Source of the DNA: Acidimicrobiaceae bacterium
GTDB taxonomy: Bacteria > Actinomycetota > Acidimicrobiia > Acidimicrobiales > RAAP-2
DNA length: 64,000 nt
Reading direction: 5' to 3'
NCBI GenBank assembly: GCA_027449885.1
Contig: DAIDKS010000001.1
Location: forward strand, 6,644 to 70,643
Part shown: piece after piece, positions 51,022 through 60,741 of the stretch
Position numbering within the stretch: the stretch's first letter is position 1
Layout: each line of letters opens with the position of its first letter
The notes under the pieces: generated by a model
Told to the model about the DNA's origin: nothing
What the model saw: the letters and a program-made list of their open reading frames with translations, nothing else
Databases searched by the model: none
Program-made: the position numbers and the translations under genes

Positions 51022-51432
51022 ATGCGCATCGGGGAGTTGGCACGACAGACAGAGGTTCCGATCAAGACGATCCGGTACTACGAAGAGATCGGAGTGCTCC
51101 CCAGCCCCACGCGAGCGCCCTCCGGGTACCGGGAGTACGATGCCGGAGTCATTGATCGGCTGCGCTTTATCCGCACAAGCCAAACGGTGGGCTTTACGCT
51201 TGGAGAGATCCGCGAGATCGTCGCTTACCGCGACCGCGGGGAGGTCCCGTGCGTCCACGTACTCGACCTGCTACGCCGTCACCGCGAGGACTGCGCCAAG
51301 AAGATCGCCGATTTGCAGGAGGCCGAACGAGCGCTGGATACGCTCGTTGAGCGAGCTACGAAACTGCGCGAAGAGGACTGCTCGGCCGAGACTGTCTGTC
51401 ACCTCATTCCACGGGCAGTGGAACGGCTTTAG
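51022..51432 (+). CDS. merR: MerR-family metal-responsive regulator
   Basis: MRIGELA...TIRYYEEIG, GYREY, VPC and CSAETVC cysteines; divergent from merA. Confidence 0.9.
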   Translation: MRIGELARQTEVPIKTIRYYEEIGVLPSPTRAPSGYREYDAGVIDRLRFIRTSQTVGFTLGEIREIVAYRDRGEVPCVHVLDLLRRHREDCAKKIADLQEAERALDTLVERATKLREEDCSAETVCHLIPRAVERL

Positions 51433-51759
51433 AAACACCTTGCGATTGGTCGATGGGCGGCAGGAACGGATATACAGTCTCCCGGATTCGGTCCAGGTTC
51501 CGTCGAGACGGTGTTGGGGTCAGCGACACGGCGATGGGGTGATTGAACCGAGGTGGAGTCCGCGGGTGGACCGCGCCCGACCAAGGAGAAGACGCAATCG
51601 GCGCTGATGTTGCGCAGTCAGGAGATGACGCTGAAGGAGTTGGCGCGTCAAGTCTCCTGCGCTACCTCTTTCGTCTAGATCCCGCCGCGGCGCTCGTAGA
51701 CTCCAGGACCGCCACCGAAGGAGCGGCCGCCGCGAGAGCGTCAGCTCACGATTGGAAAG

Positions 51760-52140
51760 CATGGGCAGATCCTCACGGTTCTGGCGCGAAAGGAGTCACT
51801 CAGCGCCATCGCCCGTTCACTCGGACGGTGGCCATCGACGGTGGCCCTGCACGGTCGCGGCCATCGGTAGGCGTAGCGACGATTCCCTCCACGATGCTCA
51901 GCGACGCGCCCAGTGCCAGGCTCAACGTCCCAAGAGAGCCAAACTCTGCGCCGAGCAGTTGTCGAAGGACGTGTCAAGGCGGCTGGAGACGCTGCGAAGT
52001 CCCGAGAAGATCTCGGCGCCGCTGCCAGCGGCCGACCGGCGACGAATCCATGCGAGCATCAACGGGCGTCCGCGTGCCACCCTTGGCCACGTGACACCGT
52101 TGGAAAGGTTCGCCAACCTCGTTGCGCTCACTGTTAAACC
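51760..52140 (+). pseudogene. IS30-family transposase remnant (frameshifted, catalytic core deleted)
   Basis: SLSAIARSLGRWPSTV HTH in one frame; AQRPKRAKL...SPEKIS joined to the C-terminal INGRPRATLGHVTPLERF...VALTV in another. Confidence 0.7.
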
Positions 52141-52299
52141 GCCTCCATCGAACTAAGAGTGATTCAAACCTCTACCTCAGAGACATCGTGGCGAAGGACC
52201 TTCGAGCGCGCTTGGCTCGAGGATCCGACCCGCCCGCTCTCTTCACCATCGGCACGCGAATGGCGTCCTCGACCGGGCCCGTGAAATCAGCGTCGAATG

Positions 52300-52534
52300 C
52301 CGTGGCACGTTGGGAGGCAAGACATCCAAGACCCATTTGTTTGCTTGGCTTCTCGTCCAAAAGTACGGGGCTTGCAGGGCCCCGTACTCGCGTGCCAATC
52401 AGTCGAAGCACTCCCATCGCTGACCACATCAGGAAGAACCACGCAGAGGCCATCCCATGGTTACGGTCTCAGCCTTCTCTCCTGGTCCGCCAGAGAATAC
52501 CGTGGCAACTACCGAGGCAGCACCAACCCGATCC
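52300..52534 (+). repeat. Right end of element B
   Basis: CCGTGGCA at 52300 and 52500, CCGAGGCA at 52512; AGTACGGGGC-TTGCAGG-GCCCCGTACT at 52362-52388. Confidence 0.88.
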
Positions 52535-52608
52535 TGGAGGCGGCGTCCGGATTCGAACCGGAGTACGGGGCTTTGCAGGCCCCTGCCTAACCACTCGGCC
52601 ACGCCGCC
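52535..52608 (-). tRNA. tRNA-Cys(GCA)
   Basis: GGCGGCGTGGCCGAGTGGTTAGGCA-GGGGC-CTGCAAA-GCCCC-GTACTCCGGTTCGAATCCGGACGCCGCCTCCA. Confidence 0.98.
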
Positions 52609-52654
52609 AGGACGTCTCATCCTAACCGGTCGCCGCGAAAAGCCCGTCCCCTCG

Positions 52655-53935
52655 TCACCCCTGCGCGTCCGGACCGAAGGCGCGCTCTCGCCGTCGGGCG
52701 ACGCGCAACCCCTCCTCACCGAGGTCGGCTCCCGTGGCGACCGCGTCGGAGCCGAACCGCTCACGGATCTCGTCGAGCGCGTCGCGCAGGGCCTCCCCCG
52801 CCGCCTGGTGGGCCCGCGAGGCCTCGACGGCCCCGACCCGCCCCGCCCCCGACTCGTCGACGTCGAGCGCGAGCTGCACGGCGTTTCTCGCCCGGGCGAC
52901 GAGCCCCGATCCGTAGAGGCCGATGAGCCGCACCGCCTGGCCCAGGGGCACCGACGCCGCGAGGGCCTCGGCGACCGCCGCCAGGCCGGCGGCGTCGTCC
53001 ACTCCGAAGGGCAGCGTCTGCGATCGACTGACGGAGGTCCGGTCGTCGAAGCGAATCTGGATCGAGACCGTTCGAGCGACGACCCCCTCGTGGCGCAATG
53101 CCCGCGCCACGACCCCGGCGTGATGGCGAAGCGCCGCGGCCACCTCCGCGCGGCCCCGGAGCGAGACCGCGAAGGTCTGGTCGTGTCCGATCGACTTCGG
53201 CGCGCGGTCGACGACCACCTCCCGCGGGTCCTCACCTCGCGCGAAGGCGGCGAGCGTCGCGGCCATCGCTGGTCCCACGATGCCCGCGAGGTCGCTCACC
53301 TCGACGCTCGCCAGGTCGCGGACCCGACGCAGCCCCACCCGTCGCAGCCGCTCGGACGTCGCCGGCCCGACCCCCCAGAGGGCGTCGACCTCCAACTCGT
53401 CCAGCCAGCGCGCCTCCGTCGCCCGATCGACCACGACGACGCCCACCCCCGCGCTCACGCCCCCCGCCGTCACCCGGGGCTTGGCGCGTCGCGACCCGAG
53501 CTTGGCGAAGAGCTTGTTGCGGGCGAGTCCGATCCCGCACTCGAGCGACAACTCGTCGCGAATGCGCCGGCGGAGGTCCCGCGCGCCGTCCAGGGGACGG
53601 ATGCCCAGGCGATGCAGGCCGCGCAGGTCCGCGAAGAGCTCGTCCAGGCCGATCGGCTCGACGCGGGGAGTGAGGTCCTCGACCAGGGCGCGGAAGCGTC
53701 GCGAGTACTCCTCGTAGCGCTCGAAGCGACCCGGCCGGATGACGAGGTCGGGGCAGCGCCGGCGAGCGAGGATGCTCGACATGCCGCTGCGCACGCCGTA
53801 GCGGCGGGCCTCGTACGTGGCGCTCGCGATGACGCCCCGCTCCCCCGACCCGCCTACCGCGAGAGGCACCCCCCGCAGGGAGGGATCGTCGAGGACCTCC
53901 ACGGAGGCGAAGAAGGCGTCGAGGTCCACGTGCAT
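52655..53935 (-). CDS. dinB: DNA polymerase IV (Y family)
   Basis: HVDLDAFFASVE, ATYEARRYGV, IGLDELF, LWGVG. Confidence 0.93.
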   Translation of the reverse strand: MHVDLDAFFASVEVLDDPSLRGVPLAVGGSGERGVIASATYEARRYGVRSGMSSILARRRCPDLVIRPGRFERYEEYSRRFRALVEDLTPRVEPIGLDELFADLRGLHRLGIRPLDGARDLRRRIRDELSLECGIGLARNKLFAKLGSRRAKPRVTAGGVSAGVGVVVVDRATEARWLDELEVDALWGVGPATSERLRRVGLRRVRDLASVEVSDLAGIVGPAMAATLAAFARGEDPREVVVDRAPKSIGHDQTFAVSLRGRAEVAAALRHHAGVVARALRHEGVVARTVSIQIRFDDRTSVSRSQTLPFGVDDAAGLAAVAEALAASVPLGQAVRLIGLYGSGLVARARNAVQLALDVDESGAGRVGAVEASRAHQAAGEALRDALDEIRERFGSDAVATGADLGEEGLRVARRRERAFGPDAQG

Positions 53936-53963
53936 GACGGGCGCCTCGTCGAGGCTCGGCTCC

Positions 53964-54667
53964 TCAGCGCGCGAACTCAAGGGCCCGAAAGGCCTCTCCG
54001 TAGCGCACCCCGACCTCGCGCCCCGTCTGGGCCGCGCGCCGGCGAACCGCGTCGTCGACGGCCTCGGCGTCACCGGCGACCTGCGAGGCGTGCGCCCGGA
54101 CGGCGGCCGACTTCACGTCGATCGCCCCGGTCACGTCGACCACCACGTCGGGCTCGTGCGTGCCCGACAGCAGCATCACCGCCACCCCGTGCGCCGGGCC
54201 ACACTCGGGGTAGTAGGCGGGCATGGACGCGGCCGGCGCGACCGCATCGAGCAGGGCCCAGCCGGTCTCGCGGTGGTCCCGGTGGTTCACGTAGACCCCG
54301 CCGAAGAACACGGCGGTCGGATCGGGCCCGATCACCATGTCGGGCCGCACGTCGCGGATGACGCCCACGAGGCGTGACCGGAGGGCGTCGTCGTTCGTCA
54401 CGGCCCCGTCCGGAATGCCGAGGAGCTGGACGCTCGCGAGCCCCAGAAGCGCTCCGGCGCTCTCGATCTCGGCTCGACGTACCTCGGGCAGGGCGACCCC
54501 TTCGGTGGAGTCGTGCGAACCCTTGTCGCCCTGGCAGACGACCACCAGGTGGACGCTCGCCCCCTCGCGCGCGAAGGTGGCGAGGGCTCCTCCCGCGGCG
54601 ACGTCGGCGTCGTCGGGATGGGCGTAGACGGCGAGGACGCTCGTCGGGCGAGGGTGGTACAGCCGCA

Positions 54668-54668
<1 letters not shown>
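53964..54668 (-). CDS. PIG-L/LmbE-family deacetylase
   Basis: AHPDDAD, RRAE, NHRDH. Confidence 0.9.
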
Positions 54669-55138
<470 letters not shown>

Positions 55139-55173
55139 GCGGCCACGTTACACCCGTCCCCGCGACCGCCGTC

Positions 55174-55593
55174 CTAGGGGACGAGCACGTGCTCGCCGGG
55201 GACGACGACGTCCGAGCGCAACTCGCGAACGAGGGCCCCTCGCGCGAGCGCGGGGTCGAGCGGATTGATCGCTCGGGCGATCGAGCCCACCGTGTCGCCG
55301 GCCCGGACGACGTAGACCGTCCCCGAGGCGAGGGCCGACCCGGTCGCGAGGTCGGTCGGCAGCCCCGACCCCGTGACCCCTCCGAGGGCGGATCCGGGAG
55401 AGCCGAGCACCGCGAGACCCCCGATCGCGGCGAGAGCCATGGCCGCCACGCGCCGACGAGCGCGCGTCCGGGCCCGGCGCGCCCGACGTACCGCCCACCC
55501 GGGTCCCGTGCGCCCCGGGTCACTCGGCGCCGCCACGAGCCGCAGCGCGGGTCGGGTCGGGGGGTAAGCGACCTCGAGGTTGAGCAGAGCCAC
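55174..55593 (-). CDS. Membrane-anchored LysM protein (YneA/ChiZ-like SOS division inhibitor)
   Basis: TM then YVVRAGDTVGSIA...VPGEHVLVP; LexA boxes upstream; precedes nrdR. Confidence 0.82.
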   Translation of the reverse strand: MALLNLEVAYPPTRPALRLVAAPSDPGRTGPGWAVRRARRARTRARRRVAAMALAAIGGLAVLGSPGSALGGVTGSGLPTDLATGSALASGTVYVVRAGDTVGSIARAINPLDPALARGALVRELRSDVVVPGEHVLVP

Positions 55594-55607
55594 GGCTCTC
55601 CTTTCAG

Positions 55608-55644
55608 CGAACACCTGTTCGTCACTATACCGAACAGGTGTTCG
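55608..55644. promoter_or_regulatory. Two LexA (SOS) boxes
   Basis: CGAAC-ACCT-GTTCG (55608-55621) and CGAAC-AGGT-GTTCG (55631-55644). Confidence 0.9.
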
Positions 55645-55647
55645 CTG

Positions 55648-56988
55648 TCAACGAGTGACCAGTTCCCCCAGGGCGCGCCCGACGCGCCCGAACCGGTTCA
55701 GATCGGTCCCGACCAGGGATGACGCCCGGTGAATGGCCTCGGGCGCCTCGTCGACGGATCGCACCAGGCGCACCCGCCCCTCCCACACCAGTCGGGCGCA
55801 CGCCCGGGTGATCGCCTCGTCGGGCTGATCGTTCGAGTCCGTCACCTGACCATCGGTGACCCAGACGACGGGCTCACTGGGGCGGCGGCGGCGGAGGGAC
55901 CACTCGAGAACCGACTGGTCCGCGCCGTTGCCCACGTTCCCGTGCGGCACGGGTGATCGCACGCGCCCCTCGTCCGCGACGATCCAGGCGTTCGGCGTTG
56001 CGCCGGGATCCCCCGGTCGGTGGCTGTAGCCCACGACGAGGGACCGCGTCGCCCGAGCGATGACGCGCTCAAGTACGGCGGCGTCCAGATCCATCGAGCC
56101 CGACTGGTCGACGATCACGATCCCGCCCGCCCGGGAGCGACAGTGCGCGAAGGCACGACGTGAGGGATCGGTCAGCAGTCGACTGGGGTAGCGCAGCACC
56201 GCTCCCGTGGCCGCTCCGCCGATGGCCCGAGGGGCTCGGCCACCCCCCGGCTCGACGCCGCTCGACGGGACGGCCCAGACGAGCGGTGCCGGCCGACCAC
56301 TCGGCACGCGCCGGCCCCCCGGTGCGAGGGACCGGCGAAAGCCCTCCATCTCGCGACGATCGCGCGGGACCCTCGCCGAACCGGCGCGATCGGCCATCCG
56401 GGCGATCTCCACGCTCACGTCGTAGCCGCGGGGCAGGCCCCGCGCCCCCGGAACGGTGGCCCCCAGGTCGGACGTGCGGTGCTCGGCCAGCATGGCCTTC
56501 ACTCGTCGGCGCACCACGACGAGCGCCGACGCCCACGTCGCGTCGACGCGACGGACCGCCGCGAGATACGGCCGTTCGCCCCCGGTGCCGAGCACGGCCA
56601 GCCACAGGCACACGACCTCGGACCACGCGCCCGACTGGGCCAGCCGCCGGGCCCCCTCCGCCTCCGTCCCGTCGCGCAGGCACTCGACCGCGAAGCCGAG
56701 GCGACCGAGCAGGGAGTTGACCCGCAGCTCCTCGGCGCACTCGAGAGCCCGGGCCGAGACGCCGAGCTCACTGGGCGAGACCGGTTCGTCGGGACTGACG
56801 CGGGCGTGGGCGAGCTCGTGGGCGCGCACCACGCGCTCCACCGCGCTCTCCCCCAGCGGCACTTCGAGCACCCGGCGCGTGAAGTCGCAACTCGCCCCAC
56901 CGCGTCGGGCGCTCCCCGGAACGACCCGCCACGAGCGGGCCGACTCCGCGTCGCGAGCCCCGCTCACCAGCTCCGGGTAGACGCTCAC
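55648..56988 (-). CDS. HExxH-motif plus VWA-like (MIDAS) protein
   Basis: AHELAH near the N-terminus; IVIVDQSGSM and VVWVTDG. Confidence 0.7.
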   Translation of the reverse strand: MSVYPELVSGARDAESARSWRVVPGSARRGGASCDFTRRVLEVPLGESAVERVVRAHELAHARVSPDEPVSPSELGVSARALECAEELRVNSLLGRLGFAVECLRDGTEAEGARRLAQSGAWSEVVCLWLAVLGTGGERPYLAAVRRVDATWASALVVVRRRVKAMLAEHRTSDLGATVPGARGLPRGYDVSVEIARMADRAGSARVPRDRREMEGFRRSLAPGGRRVPSGRPAPLVWAVPSSGVEPGGGRAPRAIGGAATGAVLRYPSRLLTDPSRRAFAHCRSRAGGIVIVDQSGSMDLDAAVLERVIARATRSLVVGYSHRPGDPGATPNAWIVADEGRVRSPVPHGNVGNGADQSVLEWSLRRRRPSEPVVWVTDGQVTDSNDQPDEAITRACARLVWEGRVRLVRSVDEAPEAIHRASSLVGTDLNRFGRVGRALGELVTR

Positions 56989-57701
56989 GCGAGAGCTCCG
57001 AGACGTAGGGCGTCCAGGAGGTCGTCGGCCTCGCTGCCGAAGACGAGGTCGGCGGCCCGGCGCGCACCGTGATGACGCCGCAGGCGATCGAACGCCGCGA
57101 ACCGTCGCAGCGAGACGCGGCGTCCGTGCTCTCCCGCCGACCCCGCGAGGGCCGGACCGCGCAGGTCCTCGCTGAGCGCCGCGACGGCGGCCGTCGGTGG
57201 GCGATCGATGCGCACCGCGACCGGGAACCGGTCACGCAGGGGGGCGGGCAGTAGCGACAGGTCCTCCAGGTTGGTCGTCATGACGACGCTGAAGGAGGGG
57301 CCCGGGCGTCGCCACTCGCCGCTGCGCGGGTCGCGCCACGCGGCCGACTCGCGCGAGTCGGTGACGGCGAGCAGGGCGCTCAGGGCGTCCCCCGACGCCC
57401 GATCGACCTCGTCGACGACGAGCCGCCCTCCCCCGCCTCCCGCCGACCACGCCCGCAGGGCCGGTCCATCGAGCCAGGTCCAGGTGGCCTCACCGGTCGG
57501 CATCCACGTGCCCGTCACCTCGGCGCTCGTGAGGTCTTCCGTGCACACGAGCCGCTCCGCGGGGCCCTCGACGACCCCGAGGTGCAGCGCGGCGTAGGTC
57601 TTGCCGGTTCCCGGGGGACCGTAGAGGATCAGCCGGTCGATGCCGGCCGCCAGCACGTCCGTGACGTCACTCCAACAGTCCCCCCAGGTCTCTCGCTCCA
57701 C
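56985..57701 (-). CDS. MoxR/CbbQ/NirQ-type AAA+ ATPase
   Basis: LYGPPGTGKT, LVVDEVDRA, VMTTN, PLRDRF. Confidence 0.85.
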   Translation of the reverse strand: MERETWGDCWSDVTDVLAAGIDRLILYGPPGTGKTYAALHLGVVEGPAERLVCTEDLTSAEVTGTWMPTGEATWTWLDGPALRAWSAGGGGGRLVVDEVDRASGDALSALLAVTDSRESAAWRDPRSGEWRRPGPSFSVVMTTNLEDLSLLPAPLRDRFPVAVRIDRPPTAAVAALSEDLRGPALAGSAGEHGRRVSLRRFAAFDRLRRHHGARRAADLVFGSEADDLLDALRLGALA

Positions 57702-57736
57702 GATGGCGCCTCCTTCTCGGGAGGACCAACGGTCGC

Positions 57737-58168
57737 TCAGGCGTCGCGGCCGAGCTTCTCGAGGATCGGCAGGCTTCGCTCGAGGAGGCGTCGCTCGGCG
57801 GTCGTCAGCGTCGCGAGGCGCTGTTCGATGCCGAGGGAGCGCGCCGCCCGCAGCGTGGCGAGGGTATCGTGACCGGCGGCCGTGAGCGCGACCCGCCACG
57901 CACGACCGTCGTCCGGATCGGGCTCCCGGCTGAGCAGCCCGATCTCCTCCAGGCTGGCCACGACCCGGGTCGCGGCGGGGGCCCCGAGCATCTCGAGCGT
58001 CGCGAGCGTGCTGATCCGCATCGGCTCGCCCTCCTCGATCGTCACCAGGGCCGAGACCTGACTGGGCGAGAGGCCGGCCGCGCCGTGGCGGCGGATCATG
58101 CGCATGAGTCGGGTCGCCACCAACTGCAGCCGAGCCGCCGTCGTCGCTTCGAGGGTCCCGGCGATCAT
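57737..58168 (-). CDS. MarR-family regulator
   Basis: [35 protein letters not shown]. Confidence 0.88.
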   Translation of the reverse strand: MIAGTLEATTAARLQLVATRLMRMIRRHGAAGLSPSQVSALVTIEEGEPMRISTLATLEMLGAPAATRVVASLEEIGLLSREPDPDDGRAWRVALTAAGHDTLATLRAARSLGIEQRLATLTTAERRLLERSLPILEKLGRDA

Positions 58169-59946
58169 CGGACGATCTCGTTCTCGATGGCGAGCTCCCC
58201 CGGGACGGCGCCCGCGGTCGACGAGAGGTCGCCCACGTGCTCCTGCACGGTCTTCTCCTCGTGGACGTACCGCCGCCCGCGGAGCGCGGAGAAGACGGCG
58301 GCGATCACCGACATCGCGATGGCCATCGAGAAGACGATGATCAGGCCGTGGTGGAACGGCGACTCGATGAGGCTCGGGAAGAAGTGCTTGCCCGTCAGCG
58401 TCGTCCACTGCGCGCTCGAGACGTGCGCCGCGCTCTGGGACCCCAAGAGGCTCTTCAGGGGATTGAAGCCCAGGAAGGAGGAGAAGAGGCTCGCCACGGC
58501 GGGGAGGCTCGCGACGGAGTGCACGAGCGGCGCCGACACGCCGTGCGCACTGAGCCCTCGCGTCAGGGCGCCGGGCAGCGAGGACGTCAGTCCCACGATC
58601 ATCAACGAGAAGAAGACGCCGATCGACAGCACCATGCCGGCATTCATGAAGGCCCCCTGGATGCCCGCCGCGGAGCCGCGCTGGTCGGCCGGCACGCTGT
58701 TCATGATCGCCGTCGAGTTCGGGGCCGAGAACATCCCACCGCCGACGCCGTTGAGGCCGACGAGGAGGGCGAAGACCGGGTACGAGAAGTTGGTCGGGAT
58801 CGTGAGCAGGCCCACGAAGCTCGCCCCGAAGATCACCAGTCCCACAGTGGAGAGCACGCGAGCGCCGTGTCGGTCCGAGAGGTATCCCGACAAGGGGCCC
58901 GCGAGGAGGAATCCCGCCGTCAGGGGCACGAGGTAGATCCCCGCCCACAGTGGCGTCGACGCGTAGCTGTAGCCGTGGACCGGCAGCCAGATGCCCTGGA
59001 GCCAGATGATCAACATGAATTGGAGCCCGCCCCGGGCGATCGCCGTCAAGAGGCCGGCCACCGAGCCGGCGAGGAAGGCCCGGATCCGAAAGAGCCGCAG
59101 GTTGAACATGGGTGACTCGACCTGGTTCTCGATGACGATGAAGGCGACGAGGAAGACCAGCGCGATCGCGAAGGCGAGTAGGACCCGCGGTGACGTCCAC
59201 CCCATGGACGAGTGACCGTAGGGCTGGATGCCGTAGACGGTCGCGACGAGCAGGGAGGTCAGGCCGATCGCGAAGGTGAGGTTCCCCCACCAGTCGATGC
59301 GCGCCTGGGCTCGCTTGCCGTTGTCGTGCAGGCTCACGTAGCCCCAGATCGTGCCGATCACGCCGACGGGCACCGAGACCCAGAAGACCAGGCGCCAGTC
59401 GCCGATCGACAGCAGCCCGCCCAGGATCAGACCGACGAACGATCCGCCGATCGCCGCCACCTGATTGATCCCCATGGCGAAGCCTCGCTGCTCGACCGGA
59501 AAGGCGTCGACGATGATCGCGCTCGAGTTCGCGAAGAGCATCGCTCCCCCTACGCCCTGGACCAGTCGCCAGAGGACCAGCCACAGGGCCCCGTGCCCGC
59601 CGTGATAGGGATCGAGCGACAACGCGACCGAGGCGAGGGAGAAGACCGCGAATCCCAGGTTATAGATGCGCACTCGGCCGAAGATGTCACCGAGCCGACC
59701 GAGGCTCACCACCAGCACCGCCGTCACGAGCAGGTAGCCCTGGAGGAGCCACAGCAGGTAGCCGACGTTTCCCGGCGACAGCGGATTCACCCCGATGCCG
59801 TTGAAGATCGCCGGCAGCGAGATGAGGATGATCGACGAGTTGATCGTCGCCATGAAGATCCCGAGCGTCGTGTTCGTCAAGGCGATCCACTTGTAGCGCT
59901 CGGGATGCCGGTGCGGGTGCGACAGGCGCAGCACGTAGCCTCCCAT
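58165..59946 (-). CDS. MFS drug/H+ antiporter (DHA2-like)
   Basis: [23 protein letters not shown]; about 14 TMs. Confidence 0.92.
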   Translation of the reverse strand: MGGYVLRLSHPHRHPERYKWIALTNTTLGIFMATINSSIILISLPAIFNGIGVNPLSPGNVGYLLWLLQGYLLVTAVLVVSLGRLGDIFGRVRIYNLGFAVFSLASVALSLDPYHGGHGALWLVLWRLVQGVGGAMLFANSSAIIVDAFPVEQRGFAMGINQVAAIGGSFVGLILGGLLSIGDWRLVFWVSVPVGVIGTIWGYVSLHDNGKRAQARIDWWGNLTFAIGLTSLLVATVYGIQPYGHSSMGWTSPRVLLAFAIALVFLVAFIVIENQVESPMFNLRLFRIRAFLAGSVAGLLTAIARGGLQFMLIIWLQGIWLPVHGYSYASTPLWAGIYLVPLTAGFLLAGPLSGYLSDRHGARVLSTVGLVIFGASFVGLLTIPTNFSYPVFALLVGLNGVGGGMFSAPNSTAIMNSVPADQRGSAAGIQGAFMNAGMVLSIGVFFSLMIVGLTSSLPGALTRGLSAHGVSAPLVHSVASLPAVASLFSSFLGFNPLKSLLGSQSAAHVSSAQWTTLTGKHFFPSLIESPFHHGLIIVFSMAIAMSVIAAVFSALRGRRYVHEEKTVQEHVGDLSSTAGAVPGELAIENEIVR

Positions 59947-59970
59947 TAGTTACTTGCTAACAAGTAACTA
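59947..59970. promoter_or_regulatory. MarR-type operator palindrome directly before the MFS start codon
   Basis: TAGTTACTTG-CTAA-CAAGTAACTA, overlapping a TATAGT -10 on the minus strand. Confidence 0.75.
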
Positions 59971-59979
59971 TATCGGCCG

Positions 59980-60550
59980 TCATTCCACCCCGGGCGACAC
60001 CCCCGAGAGCTCCGGGGCGAACCGAGCGAAGCGCTGGTCGACCGGTGCGTGAATCACGTGGTTCGTGTCGTTGCTGATCGTCGTCATCGCGTTGGCGAGG
60101 ATGACCTCCAGAACCTGGCGCTCCATATAGCCGACGGCCACGAGCTCGGCGGGGGTCTCGTCACTCGGGTGGCCGCGCCGCTCGACGAGTTCGAGCGTCC
60201 GGCGACGCAACGCCTCGTGGCGTGGTGACGCGAGGGGCGTCGTCCAGACGACAGCGTGCACCACGTCAGGATCGACGCCATTCGCCGTGACGATCGCGCC
60301 GTGTGCCGCCGGGCAGTACCGGCAGTCGTGACACTGACTCGCGGCGAGCACGACGTTCTCCTGCTCCGTGGCGTCGACGCCTCCGCCGTCGCGGAACGCC
60401 TCGTAGCCGTGACGGTAGGTCGACAGGAGGCCGGGCGAGTTCGCCCGAGCCGCGCAGTGGTGGGGAATCCTCGCCCGAAGGGGCTCCCGATCTCTCGCGA
60501 ACCCTCCGGGGCGTCGTCGTAGGTGAGCGGCGGGAGCAACCGAGGGATGC
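59980..60550 (-). pseudogene. CMD/AhpD-family gene, apparently frameshifted
   Basis: LPPLTYDDAPEGSR in one frame; RIP...ANSPGLL...CRYCPAAH continues in another. Confidence 0.6.
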
Positions 60551-60741
60551 CGGACGTGGCAGACCTTTCCGTGCATTTGCCCCACTCGAGACAGATCGGT
60601 ACATGTCGGATGCTCGGCGGGAGGGACAACGTATCGAGATCCTGAAGAGCGTCTCAGCCAGCCTCGTTCTAGACAAGAAACATTCTTTGAGTCCGGTCCC
60701 CTTCCCGATATGGTCGCTGGAAGTTATCGAGAGGGGGGCGC

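Larger units (their letters stand above)
46062..52583. mobile_element. Integrated element B at tRNA-Cys (about 6.5 kb; mercury cargo; no integrase seen)
   Basis: Flanked by att copy 2 and the intact tRNA; ends homologous to element A. Confidence 0.88.

Noticed and set aside
31177-52583. Three 49-bp repeats as a CRISPR array or three tRNA genes
   Set aside because: They are kilobases apart, there are no cas genes, and two copies lack the tRNA 5' half; they are att duplications
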